Positions 49,370 through 59,453 of a stretch of 64,000 bases of DNA are shown piece by piece (the first letter of the stretch is position 1; each line of letters starts with the position of its first letter). Below the pieces are notes generated by a model. The model worked only from the letters and a program-made list of their open reading frames with translations. It did not search any database and was not told the origin of the DNA. Source of the stretch: a virus; IMG/VR virus record IMGVR_UViG_3300042975_000098; one strand, 5' to 3'. Both the position numbers and the translations under genes were made by a program.

Positions 49370-49507
49370 CACGTCGATTACGCTCACACGGCAAGCGTTC
49401 GCTTATCGTATGAGCGTATTTTCCTGGCGTCGCGAGAAAAACGGCGTTTTCGATGCCACGGTCGCAAAACCGTGATCCCCGGTTCTCCGTGGCTTACAGC
49501 GCACGCG
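49370..49507 (+). repeat. ~135-bp dispersed hairpin-rich element, copy 3
   Basis: Aligns with copies 1 and 2. Confidence 0.9.
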
Positions 49508-49529
49508 CCCGACTGCGGCACGGCAGCGA

Positions 49530-50066
49530 TCAATGACGCTCGAACGTCACCGCCAGCGACAAGTGGAGTACCCTCAGCACCGCGAACAGCGCGTCCACGT
49601 CACCGTGGTCGAACCCGGGGTCCTCCCATTCCTTCAGGCGTATGGGTCTGACGCCGGCCGCCTCGGCGACGTCGCGAACGCTGGCGTCCCCGCGCGCCTT
49701 GACGAGCACGTCCGCCAGCGCGGCGCGGTCACGTAGCTTGCGAACGCTCTCGTCGGCCTTGATGCGCGAGTGCCCGATGTGGATGTGACCGCACGTCTCG
49801 CAGACGTACCACGCCGACGCGGGGTCGCGGCGGATGACGTCCGGTATCTCGCCGACGGAACGATAGCGGCGTTTGAAGTGCCACGCGCCATCATGCATGG
49901 ACCGGCAGCCGCGCGGCGCTCGTGTCACGTCGGTCGGCGGGTCGGCGATGCCCGCGCAGTGCGGCGTGTCGTACAGTCCGAAGTATACGGGTGCGCCGTT
50001 GGCGCCGAGCGATCGCCCGCATCGTTTACAGCGTTGCCGGTCCGGGAACAGTTTCTCTCGTGCCAT
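49530..50066 (-). CDS. Cys/His-rich protein with C-terminal XRE-like HTH
   Basis: CxxC, YxCxxCGHxHxGH; SVRDVAEAAGV....LKEWE. Confidence 0.6.
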   Translation of the reverse strand: MAREKLFPDRQRCKRCGRSLGANGAPVYFGLYDTPHCAGIADPPTDVTRAPRGCRSMHDGAWHFKRRYRSVGEIPDVIRRDPASAWYVCETCGHIHIGHSRIKADESVRKLRDRAALADVLVKARGDASVRDVAEAAGVRPIRLKEWEDPGFDHGDVDALFAVLRVLHLSLAVTFERH

Positions 50067-50578
50067 GACCTGTCATCATCCTCTCCGTTGACGTCCGCAT
50101 CGCGTTTCTTCGCGTCCGATCGGCAATATCGTTCGCTCCGGCTCCGGCAAGCGAAGTTTCCCGTGTGATAATGGTCACATTTCGTCGACGATCGCGCACG
50201 GTCATGACCGCTCCGAGCCCGCGGTTTGGCTGTAACTGCTTGTCGTTCGGCCGCCTTGCCGGTCGTGCGCGTGGACGGCGGATCGTCAATATTATCATGA
50301 CCGCTTAAAAATCAGCACGGGCATTCGCGGATGCGTTGCCGGGTACAATGGATTAACGGACCGGTCGGCTCAGCTGGCCGGTCAAACGGGGAGAGGAAAG
50401 GGAAAGCAATCATGTCGCATGTACCGGAACTGAAATGGGAACCAGTGAGCAGCGTGGAGGCCATCGATTGGAACCACATCGAGCGATATCCTCGAAACCG
50501 CGGATCTTCTGCATAAGCCGGTCAAAAACGTATTCGAGGACCTAATAACAGAACGACTCAGAGAGGAGGTGCTGCGCC

Positions 50579-51247
50579 ATGAGTGAGCAGATCGCAACCG
50601 GGCTCCTCGAGCGTGACGCAACCGAAGGACTGACTATGTCCAGGACGCTTTCCGAAACAGGGAGCGCGACATCCGATCTGACGAAAGAGATCGGATACAA
50701 CCGTGACGTAGCCCGTATCCTCAAATCAGATTTCGACGATCTCCACCACCAATCATTGAACGTTGACTGGCGAAGAAAGACAATGGAACGGGGTAAAACC
50801 GACGTTCCCGGCCTGCTCGAAGAGCTATCCGATTTGGGATTCGCATGGACCGCCATAGCGAAACTGATCGGCGTGAGCGCACCCGCCATCCACAAATGGC
50901 GGAGAGGAGGCTCCGCGACAGGAGCCAGTAGAGGCAAACTGGCGGGCCTGCTGGCGGCGTGCGACATCATCCACGGATCCATCGGCGTCGACAACGTCGC
51001 GTCCTGGTTCGAGATGCCAGTGCTGCCGCACGTCCCCGTTACACCCATCGACATGTATGCGGCGGACAGAACGGACTTGGTCTTCGACTTCGCCAAGGCA
51101 GAGGACGATCCCGAAGCGCTCATGGACCAGTTCAATCCCGAATGGCGCGAACGGTACCGCACCGATTTCACTCCGGTGAAGATGTCGGACGGCAACTGGT
51201 CCTTACAGATGTCGGACGGCAACTGGTCCTTACAGATGAAGGACTGA
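50579..51247 (+). CDS. HTH-containing protein (antitoxin-like)
   Basis: W..IA.L.GVS.PAI.KWR.G HTH; SD GAGGAGG; 27-bp tandem duplication at the 3' end. Confidence 0.6.
   Translation: MSEQIATGLLERDATEGLTMSRTLSETGSATSDLTKEIGYNRDVARILKSDFDDLHHQSLNVDWRRKTMERGKTDVPGLLEELSDLGFAWTAIAKLIGVSAPAIHKWRRGGSATGASRGKLAGLLAACDIIHGSIGVDNVASWFEMPVLPHVPVTPIDMYAADRTDLVFDFAKAEDDPEALMDQFNPEWRERYRTDFTPVKMSDGNWSLQMSDGNWSLQMKD
51181..51238 (+). repeat. 27-bp tandem duplication
   Basis: GATGTCGGACGGCAACTGGTCCTTACA x2 (MSDGNWSLQ x2). Confidence 0.95.
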
Positions 51248-51250
51248 GCG

Positions 51251-51553
51251 ATGCCCGGACAACTGGAATGCCCGATGAGCGGGACAAACATTGACGCGGA
51301 CCTCCTGTACTATTCCCGCGGCGAAGACAACTCCTCCTACAGGCCCGTCCTGACGGGTGACGTGTATGAGAACCTTCTCCTTCCCGGCTCAACCGGGACG
51401 GAGAGAAACCGCACCGTCATCATTCTCCAGCACCCATGCTCGATGCGAACCAACGGAGTGGATCTCGTCTGGCACATACTCGCCGCGGAGGTGACCAAGC
51501 ACAAGCCGCTGACGCCACAGGAATGGGCCGGCGGAAATTTCCGCCTCATGTCG
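51251..51553 (+). pseudogene. Truncated partner gene (toxin-like?) of the HTH protein
   Basis: RPVLTGDVY...ILQHPCSMR, abruptly joined to endonuclease-type sequence near 51555. Confidence 0.4.
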
Positions 51554-51554
51554 T

Positions 51555-52088
51555 CGGGTATTCGCACGGAAAACGACCGTGAGCGCCGTCGACGTTCGGA
51601 CGGCACGGGCGTTCCTTGAATGCCATCACATCCAGGGCGGTGCTTCTGGTTCGGCGTATTATGGTCTTCATGACTGGAGAGGGGAGATGGTCGCAGCAGC
51701 CGTATTCAGGAGACGCTCCGATGATGAGATGGAGCTTACCAGATATGCGACCTCGTGCTCAGTGATCGGTGGCATGGGTAAGATTCTTCATCGTTTTCAC
51801 GATGATAATCCAGATGTTCGTCGTGTCATCACGTTCGCCGATCATATGGTATCGGATGGTGGCATGTATGATCGACTTGGTTTCGTGGTTGATGGTGAGT
51901 TGAAGCCTGATTACATGTACGTCGTCGACGGGTCACGCGTTCATAAGTTCAATTACAGGTCGAAGAGGTTCAGGGATGACCCTGACCTGCTGTACGAGGA
52001 CGGTATGAGCGAGTCTGGTCTTGCCCTCATGAACGGTCTGGACAGGGTGTATGATGCTGGGAAGACGAGATATGTGCTGACATTGTGA
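51555..52088 (+). pseudogene. Isolated GNAT/Mom-like C-terminal domain of the endonuclease family (no nuclease or DNA-binding part)
   Basis: RVFARKTTV..., HHIQG, ELTRYAT, FADH..SDG.MY...GF, HKFNYR, VYDAGK.RY. Confidence 0.75.
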
Positions 52089-52319
52089 ACATGGCGACGA
52101 CTCATGGTGATGGCAGGCGTAAACGGGGAATACAGGTGAATGATCATGCGAAAAGGCGACGGACTTGGCGTTCTATGGTACCGCACGGACAGGAGGACTG
52201 CAAAGTTCCATGCAAGACCGTTCGCTACCACCACGGTGGCGGATTCCCGTGAGATCGTGGTCATGACGGGCAATGATGCCATATTGTCAACGAGCGCCAG
52301 CATTGCTTCCATATGCGGG

Positions 52320-52498
52320 CTCGATTCGAAATTGAGATGCAGCATAGCGTTTTCGGGCACGCCGTCGTTGAGTAGCTGACGTCTGATGAGTTCCAGCAGC
52401 GTGGATTTGCCAGAGCGTCGCTCGCCGATGAGCACTTTGATGATGTTTTTCCCGATGAATGGGCGTATGCGATTCATGTACAGTGGTCTGTCGATCAT
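52320..52498 (-). pseudogene. N-terminal fragment of an AAA_14/DUF4143-type ATPase
   Basis: MIDRPLY......IKVLIGERRSGKSTLL.....LNFES, then loses similarity. Confidence 0.7.
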
Positions 52499-52718
52499 TG
52501 AGGCCTCCGAGTGGGGTGACAATGTACTCATTTGTTCTAAAATCAATTATACCTGATTCTCTATGAAATATTTGTTAAAAATCGAGTATATCTGATTTCA
52601 GTCAAGAAAATCGATGGAAATCAGATATAGTCGATTTCTATATATGGGTGCCGCAATCCTGCCGTATAAAAGGTTACGGAATTTCGTTGTTTTGCGTAGC
52701 TTTTTGTACGGTGACGCA

Positions 52719-54044
52719 CTAAGTTGCAATACCTATAACAGTACCACTTCCTAGCGCGCCCACAGGAGCACCCAGCCCCATAAGCTGCGGACCATCCGGT
52801 CCGCTACACTTACCCCCGCGATTACCGTAATGACTCGCGGGGTGCGTTCTCGTGATGTGTGCGATGTTGATTGCTGCGTTATAATCCCTGTCCATGGCGA
52901 GGTCGCATGCGGGGCAGTGGATTGTTCTCTTGCTCGTGTCATGCGTGGTTCTGGCGCCGCATCGTGAGCATGATTGCGAGGTGTTCTTTGGGTTTACCTG
53001 TTTCGTGGTCACGCCGATCCTGGCGGTGGCGTGCGCGATTGCTTCCTGCTGCGCGGAATGGTTCCATTTTGAACCGTACGTGCTGCCAGTGACCCATTTC
53101 AGGTTCTCCATGCGGAGTGTGCTGACGGTGGTGTCCTGTAATCGTTTCGCGATCTCCGACCCGGTGAGCAGGGCTACCTGGTGACCGAGTATGCGCGCCT
53201 TGTTACCCTTGCGTTCCCTCTCGGTGATGAGCGTGGTCGCGTCTTTGCCAAGCGCGGCGTAAGCGCGTATCTTACGGGTCAGGCATTTCTTCTCCGCAAT
53301 TATTCTCTCGCGCTTGCGGTTCAATCGTGTGAGTTTGGGGCTTGCCTCGCCTTGATTGATGATGGCACCGTGCTTGTTCAGTGCCACCATGACGAATGGC
53401 TTCACCCTACCAAGGTCAACACCAGCCGAGCACTGGCTCGGTTCCCTCGTCTCGCTTGCCTCCATGATCGCGAACGTGTACGCAGGAACCCCGTGAACCA
53501 TGTTCACACGCGGCAATGACCATTTCAGTATTGACCGTTTAAGTATGTACCCTGGTACCCGGAACGTGATGAGCACGTCCTTGTCCCAGCATTTGAACCG
53601 TAGGGTCAGGCGGTCATCATGCAGTCCCGTTATGCTCGCCATCTGACTGTTCACGGCTCCAAGGTTCATGGTCAGCGGGAATGATGGCTCGTTCCTCATC
53701 GGGTTCGTGCTGCGAACGTATGATGCGGTCTCGCTCACGAGCTTATGGAGTATGAGCTCGTTGATCCTGCTCTTAGCCTTGATGTCATGCGGCAATCCCA
53801 TGGATGCTGACTTGTAACCGCGTTGCCTTGCGAAGGAGTTCGCGGAGCCGAGCCGTTTCGCGGTCGCTATCTCTCGTATGAGCTTGCTGGCATCATGCTG
53901 GTACATGATGATGGTCTGTTCTTGCACGTACTCGAGCAGGCTCGTGACGGACTTATCATGTTCCGTGATGCTGACATGCCTACCGTTCGTATCGGTGATG
54001 CTTACCGGGCGCAGTGCTGGGAGTGAGCTAATGAGTCTTGCCAT
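52719..54044 (-). CDS. tnpB: TnpB RNA-guided endonuclease
   Basis: RuvC-I GVDLG, RuvC-II ENL, TSQ.CxxC..CxxC, RuvC-III DRDYNAAINI. Confidence 0.9.
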   Translation of the reverse strand: MARLISSLPALRPVSITDTNGRHVSITEHDKSVTSLLEYVQEQTIIMYQHDASKLIREIATAKRLGSANSFARQRGYKSASMGLPHDIKAKSRINELILHKLVSETASYVRSTNPMRNEPSFPLTMNLGAVNSQMASITGLHDDRLTLRFKCWDKDVLITFRVPGYILKRSILKWSLPRVNMVHGVPAYTFAIMEASETREPSQCSAGVDLGRVKPFVMVALNKHGAIINQGEASPKLTRLNRKRERIIAEKKCLTRKIRAYAALGKDATTLITERERKGNKARILGHQVALLTGSEIAKRLQDTTVSTLRMENLKWVTGSTYGSKWNHSAQQEAIAHATARIGVTTKQVNPKNTSQSCSRCGARTTHDTSKRTIHCPACDLAMDRDYNAAINIAHITRTHPASHYGNRGGKCSGPDGPQLMGLGAPVGALGSGTVIGIAT

Positions 54045-54636
54045 TGATTCGCTCCTGCGCCTCGGTGAGTAGTTTCTTCTGTTGTTCGTGTCCGCGGATG
54101 CGGTAGAATCTTCCTGAGAAGCTTGCTATGAGGTTCATGAAATCGTTCATGAGTTCCTCTTGTAATGGCTTGTCATCGTTCTCGTGGAGTACTTGTATGG
54201 TTACTCCGTACTCATTGAGCAGTTCCTGGAGGTACGTGTAACCGAATCTTGTGAGTCGGTCCTTGTTCGTGATGCAGATGGTGCTGATCGTGCGTTTTCT
54301 CGCGTTATTGATCAGTGACTGCAAGCCGCGCCTGTTCTCGTTCAAGCCGCTACTCGTATCCTTGAACACTCGCGCGGGCTTACCATACGCAATCTCAAGC
54401 TGCCTGACCTGCGATTCCATGAGCGCCTTATCACCACTCGAGGATCTCACGTAGAACACCATGTCACCATAATCCCTGACGCCAAGATAATCATCAACAT
54501 CCTCTTGTAGGAAATACCTATGACCACTCTTACGACGATAACACTTAAGCACGCCAGTATTCGAATACCAACGAACAGTCGCCGCACTCACATGCAACAA
54601 CCCCGCAACATCCGCAACAGTCAAATAATTCCTCAC
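54028..54636 (-). CDS. tnpA: IS607 serine recombinase TnpA
   Basis: MerR-like HTH, YVRSSS, SSGLNE.R, KDRLTRFG, EL..D...LI.SFSGR.Y. Confidence 0.92.
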   Translation of the reverse strand: MRNYLTVADVAGLLHVSAATVRWYSNTGVLKCYRRKSGHRYFLQEDVDDYLGVRDYGDMVFYVRSSSGDKALMESQVRQLEIAYGKPARVFKDTSSGLNENRRGLQSLINNARKRTISTICITNKDRLTRFGYTYLQELLNEYGVTIQVLHENDDKPLQEELMNDFMNLIASFSGRFYRIRGHEQQKKLLTEAQERINGKTH

Positions 54637-55159
54637 GCGATAATAATATCACCATTCCAAGAACTACAATAATACACGCGACCATAGACAACGCTAAAGC
54701 TGAGTTAGCGGGCGAAAGGCTACTCCGCAGTGAAGAGCGTACCTGGGAAATTGCGGCTGGCGACCATGCGGCGGTCGGCGAGGAGCTGGGCGCATGAGAA
54801 ATCGGCAAGAGAGGCCAAGCGTTGCGGCTCGGTCACGAAGAGCGCGGTCGCCAGACCGTCGGCGAGGGCAGTGGGGTACAAGATGCTGGGGAAGGCGGCG
54901 GCAGGGGAGGAAGCGCTGGCGTGGCGCTGGGCGGCTGCATTGGGCGAGCGCGGATCACTTCGTCACCACTTTATATACGTCATGCGTTTCACTTGCCGTA
55001 GCCATTATTCTCAGGCTGGTCGTGCCATTCTCCTTTTACGCACAGTTCCTTATAGTTATGCCGGTCACAAGCTTCTTACTCGTTTCATAGTGGCTTCGAG
55101 ATCACCGTGGCCGAGAGAGGCCAGCGTATCGTTGACGGGAGCGCCCGGTAGTATGCGGT

Positions 55160-55997
55160 TCACGGCATCGGCCACCGACGCTGGGACTGACGGTCGGTTC
55201 GGATACTATCGTCGGCGTGACCATTCTGGTGGTGACGAGTGGCGATTCGAACCACGATTCCGCCGTTTTGTCGATTGCGTCGATCCATTGCTCCCGGGTG
55301 ACTGCGGTGGGTGTTCCCGCATGCTCGCGGGCAAGGTTCCCCTTCTGTTACCGCCCATCCCTTCGGGGCCAGCCTGACGTGGATGTCTATCTTGTTGTAG
55401 AGCCCGCTTGGGTCCAGCTTCATCTGCTCGCCCACCTCGTTGAGCAGATGGCGGCACCGTACCGACAACTCCTTCGATAATGGCGCTCCCCAATGACCGA
55501 ACACCTCCGCCCCGGTGTCATCGATAATAGAGCCGGAAACCACGGTGGAAAGACACAGTGCGCCGAGCATGACCGCGCCCACGTCGGCAAAAATGAAGCA
55601 TAACGAAAGCAACATGCTGTTTTCAAACGCTGCGTGGAAGAGGAACGGTGAACCAATCGTGGTCATCGTTGCCATGATGAGGGGTAGAGCCCTCGATAGC
55701 CGTAGTTTCCTGGTGATGCGGTAGAACGGGCCGATGCCGAGGGGCAAAGCGATATCCTCCAGCTTGTAACCCCCGGTGATGTAGAAGAGACGCCCGGACT
55801 TATCGGATTCATCCCGTTCGCAGTGCCATGCCGTATCGTCCGGGATGACCGGCTCCGAGTTCGATGGCCTTCGCGGTCACCTCGGCCTGTGTGGTCAGCA
55901 CGCCACCGCTGACCACGTGTATCACCTCGCCGCCATTCACCTTATACGCGCCATACGTCCACTTGCCGTAGCCGTCTGCCTTCTCATCCTTGCCCAT
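55160..55997 (-). pseudogene. Hypothetical membrane protein, frameshifted near 55855
   Basis: ORF 55809..55997 (SD AAGGAG) continues in the frame of 55160..55747 via EPVIPDDTAWHCERDES. Confidence 0.4.
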
Positions 55998-56141
55998 ACC
56001 ATTCTCCTTGATGTCCTATAGACGTTCCTTGCATCTTCTGGCAGCAAGTATACCCGTGATCGTGAATCATCAGCCGCGCGCGATGAAAGCGCGGTGCGCG
56101 GCATCGTACCATGGCCCCTCATGTCACCGGCGATCGGCGGC

Positions 56142-56875
56142 TCACGCTGACGGCGTGAACTTCGCCGACGCCGTGAACGAGCCGGGCGCGATCTCCGTGA
56201 ACCCCGCGTCATGGACGATGACGGGATCATCCGCGCGCGGCGAGCCCATGGCCGCCGACAACCGGTAGCCGGCGGCCGCCCACTGTGCGTGCGAACTCGT
56301 CATCGAGCGCGCCGACCGCGATCTGCACGGAGTGGAGGTACTGCGCGATGCTCTTGCCCGCCGTCATGTCGAGCCCGTCGTTCACGATCGTCGTCAGCGT
56401 GCCCGCCATCGGGCCGCCGACCGTCGCCGCCGCGTGGTACCCGTGGAGTTGCAGCGAGTGGAATGACGTGGAACCACGGCGCGTCATGCTGCTCGGCCTC
56501 CGTGAGCGGCGCGATGACGAGCGCCGTCGCGGATCGCCGGCTAATGACGGCGAACGGGCACCCGTGGTCGGCCAGCGCGGCGCGTGCGCGCTCGAACTTG
56601 GCCGCCCGCGCATGCTTCACGACCTTGCGTATCCTGCTGTCGGACCAGTCGACGAGCAGGTCGTGGTAGCGATCGCCGGCGCCCGCCAGCGTTCCGAGCA
56701 GGTCGAGCATCGCCGTGCCCGCGGCGTCGAACGAGTCGCCGAGCGTGTGCTCGTCGTACCCGTCCGGCAGCGTGTCGTTCATGATGACGGTCATGCTTAT
56801 CGGGCGTGAATCGTCGGGCGCGTCCGCATCGTATGCCGATGCGCGCATGATCTCCCTGTACCCGTCCAGTGTCAT
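56142..56875 (-). pseudogene. Actinobacterial Pth2-like peptidyl-tRNA hydrolase, two frameshifts
   Basis: W...RIRKVV..AR / LQL.G...N..L.MT.GK..AQ..H / V.DAGFTEI.PG spread over three frames. Confidence 0.7.
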
Positions 56876-57215
56876 TGATGTTCCTTTTCATGGTTCGTGT
56901 CGCCACCGATGCCGTTCGGCGGCGGTCGTTCACGTGGAGCGCAGGCGCTTGCCCACGTCTCGGAGCTGATCGTCGGTCAGCGCCGGCAGCGTGTCGCCGA
57001 TCGTGGTCGACTCTACGACTTGGTGGATGTCGTGGGCGATCGCGGCCGGTGATATGTCCGGTTCGGATGTCGTCATCGTTATCGGCTTCACGTAACGGTA
57101 GTCGTAAAACTCGGGTTTCCACCATCATTCCTGATGTCATCGTCATCATTCTTGCTTGCCATTAGATTCCTCCATCCATGTCTTCATGAAGATATTCATG
57201 GATGGCTCTAACGAC

Positions 57216-57779
57216 TCACATGAACCAGAACAGGCTGCGGAGCCACTGTGGTGGCCAGTCATCAAGCAAGCATACGACGCTATAGTCATCATATGACGCA
57301 TCGTAGTATCTCAGCGTGCCTAGACTCGTGCGCTCGAAGAACGCTGGAACGTCCCTGAAGAGCAAGACCGTCTCGTCGCCATCAGTGGTGATCCTAGATG
57401 GACTCAGATCTATTTCGCCCTTTGCATTCGTGTCCATATTCCAACGTTGCTCATTGAGCATCGGCGTCTTGGTCTTAACCGTGATCTTCACGTTCCTAGA
57501 TCCACGATTGATACCGTCTGAGAATTGAAGATCAGTAACGTGGATGTTCTTGCCGTTATGGAAATCCTCGCCAGCGTCAACATCGATAGACCCCATTGCT
57601 ATGGAACTTTCAAGAGATGATTCACTATTCAATCCGCCACCTGAAAAGAACGCGCCAAGAACAATGAAGCCTAGAGCAACGAAAATCACCATTCCTAACA
57701 GAGCACCAGCCACTCCTACGGGTTGCTGCGAGTTAGATGAGTAACTGTTCATGTCATCAATAGGCATCTGCGTTATCAT
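57216..57779 (-). CDS. Low-GC membrane-anchored hypothetical protein
   Basis: Single TM; AT-richer. Confidence 0.55.
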   Translation of the reverse strand: MITQMPIDDMNSYSSNSQQPVGVAGALLGMVIFVALGFIVLGAFFSGGGLNSESSLESSIAMGSIDVDAGEDFHNGKNIHVTDLQFSDGINRGSRNVKITVKTKTPMLNEQRWNMDTNAKGEIDLSPSRITTDGDETVLLFRDVPAFFERTSLGTLRYYDASYDDYSVVCLLDDWPPQWLRSLFWFM

Positions 57780-58017
57780 ATGATTTATGGTATCACAGAT
57801 TTCATTTACTCGTCATCATTGCGGCCAGCTTCTGCAAGCAGATCCATGTTATCATCCCATGCGTCTTCAGCGCCGCCCGTCCACGGACCATCCATTCGGG
57901 GATCGTTTGACATGGATGCCTATTTTGTTGAGTATCGATCGGCATGGCATTGACAATCTCGCCCTTTATGTTATAGTCCACTTGCCGAAACCGTCTCCGT
58001 CCTCATCATCGATCATC

Positions 58018-58494
58018 CTAATGCTGCCGTTCCAAATGCCCCATGGCATCATACTTGTACAGTATGAGATTGCCGCCGTTCAGAGTACTGGCATCCCTTG
58101 AGGTGATCACGCCGCGATGCTTCCGACCGCCGGCGTCCTTGAAGGCGATCGAGCAGCGGTTGTCCGCGCATGATTCCGTCCGCACATGGCTGACGTGATA
58201 CTCGGATGCCAGCGCGGATTTCACATCGGCGTCGACAAGATCGGACCCGCTGGCTCCCGTCCGTCCATCGATGCCATGCGAGCCCAGCATGCCGCCGGCG
58301 CCGGCGGCGATGAGGATCAGCGGCATGACTATTCTCCGCATGATCGACGCACCGCGACCGGGAATCGCAGCCGACTCTGGTGGCCGACCCGTTACCGCGG
58401 GGTCGTGTCCGCCCGGCTCCGGGCCGCCGGCGCCCGCGATCGCCGGCGTCCCCGCCACGACCGGTTCATCGGCGGGCTGATTCTCCACCGTCAT
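58018..58494 (-). CDS. Membrane-anchored hypothetical protein
   Basis: ATG overlapping the upstream TGA; TM; Cys pair. Confidence 0.55.
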   Translation of the reverse strand: MTVENQPADEPVVAGTPAIAGAGGPEPGGHDPAVTGRPPESAAIPGRGASIMRRIVMPLILIAAGAGGMLGSHGIDGRTGASGSDLVDADVKSALASEYHVSHVRTESCADNRCSIAFKDAGGRKHRGVITSRDASTLNGGNLILYKYDAMGHLERQH

Positions 58495-59099
58495 CGCTGG
58501 TCGCCGTACCATTCGCGCGTGGCGGCCGCCAGCATCTTCGGATCGTCATCGGCGACGAGGCGGACATGGCCCCAGCCGTCGATCCACGCGAGCAGATCGG
58601 TGGACCCGTCGAACAGGCGTAGCGCGCCATCATGGTGTAGCGCGAGGGCGAACGCGAGCATCCCCATGACCACGAACTGCTGTTTCGTGGACGAGTCGCT
58701 CATGGTCGAACCGTAGAAGACGTCATACTCGTTCGCCATGTCGGAGTAATCGAGCGCGAACGGCTCGGCCAGCAGGTCGATGGCCGAATCGTCATCGGGA
58801 CCCCTCCATGTGACGGCCGGTATGAGCGGCGCGTCGTCGACGATCATCGCGTCGGCCAGCTCGTCGTAGATCATGTCCAATCGGTCGCCGACGTCATGGA
58901 CATGCCCGTTGGCGGGCGCCGGGCGTCGGTTGATGGATGCCATCGCCGCCGACAGCACGGTGGCATCATGATTCGTCAGCGCATAGGCGGAGCCATGCGA
59001 TTCGGCGTACTCGAACCACGGTAGCTCCCCGAACCTCAGCATGCTGCCGAGCCTATGGGCGTGGTCCGCCGCGATCTCCTTGAGGACCTCCTGTATCAT
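58491..59099 (-). CDS. Hypothetical protein
   Basis: MIQEVLKEIAAD..., ATGA overlap with the upstream gene. Confidence 0.55.
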   Translation of the reverse strand: MIQEVLKEIAADHAHRLGSMLRFGELPWFEYAESHGSAYALTNHDATVLSAAMASINRRPAPANGHVHDVGDRLDMIYDELADAMIVDDAPLIPAVTWRGPDDDSAIDLLAEPFALDYSDMANEYDVFYGSTMSDSSTKQQFVVMGMLAFALALHHDGALRLFDGSTDLLAWIDGWGHVRLVADDDPKMLAAATREWYGDQR

Positions 59100-59356
59100 C
59101 GTACGCCGCCCTTTCTCGCCGCGCGTCCCCGCTCTCGTGCCCGCGATCGGGCGGTATCCTTCTTCCGCGCTCCGCCGTCGACGATGGCGCTGGTGATTCT
59201 TCGGGAGATGCCGTTCTCGATGCGATGCGCCGTGACGTTGACGATTTTGCCCGCCGCCCAAGTGAGGCCAGTCGTGACGAGCGCGTCGCCCGCTCTGCCG
59301 ATGAGGCCTTTCTTCCTTGCCATGCTCTGCTCCTGCTCTTTCGTTGATTCACTCAT
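59096..59356 (-). CDS. Small basic hypothetical protein
   Basis: TGGTATAAT extended -10 upstream. Confidence 0.5.
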   Translation of the reverse strand: MSESTKEQEQSMARKKGLIGRAGDALVTTGLTWAAGKIVNVTAHRIENGISRRITSAIVDGGARKKDTARSRARERGRAARKGGVR

Positions 59357-59453
59357 GGCACTTGATGTGCTTGCCAATCATTATACCATACCGGTCGGCC
59401 CGGGAGCAATGGGCGAGGTCGTCCTGCTAACCCCGGTGGGTGATCCTCGCCGC

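Larger units (their letters stand above)
52662..54683 (-). mobile_element. IS607-family insertion sequence (tnpA + tnpB), ends approximate
   Basis: Overlapping tnpA/tnpB, low GC, candidate GG junction dinucleotides at 54683 and 52662 on the minus strand, terminal hairpin 52662..52711. Confidence 0.85.

Noticed and set aside
54644-54651. GATATT-N8-GTG before IS607 tnpA (and GATATA at 13771) as members of the transfer regulon
   Set aside because: These read as canonical TATTAT/TATAAT -10 boxes for leaderless starts, explained by the host sigma
54730-55377. Plus-strand 215-aa ORF
   Set aside because: No SD, atypical composition, overlaps minus-strand coding remnants
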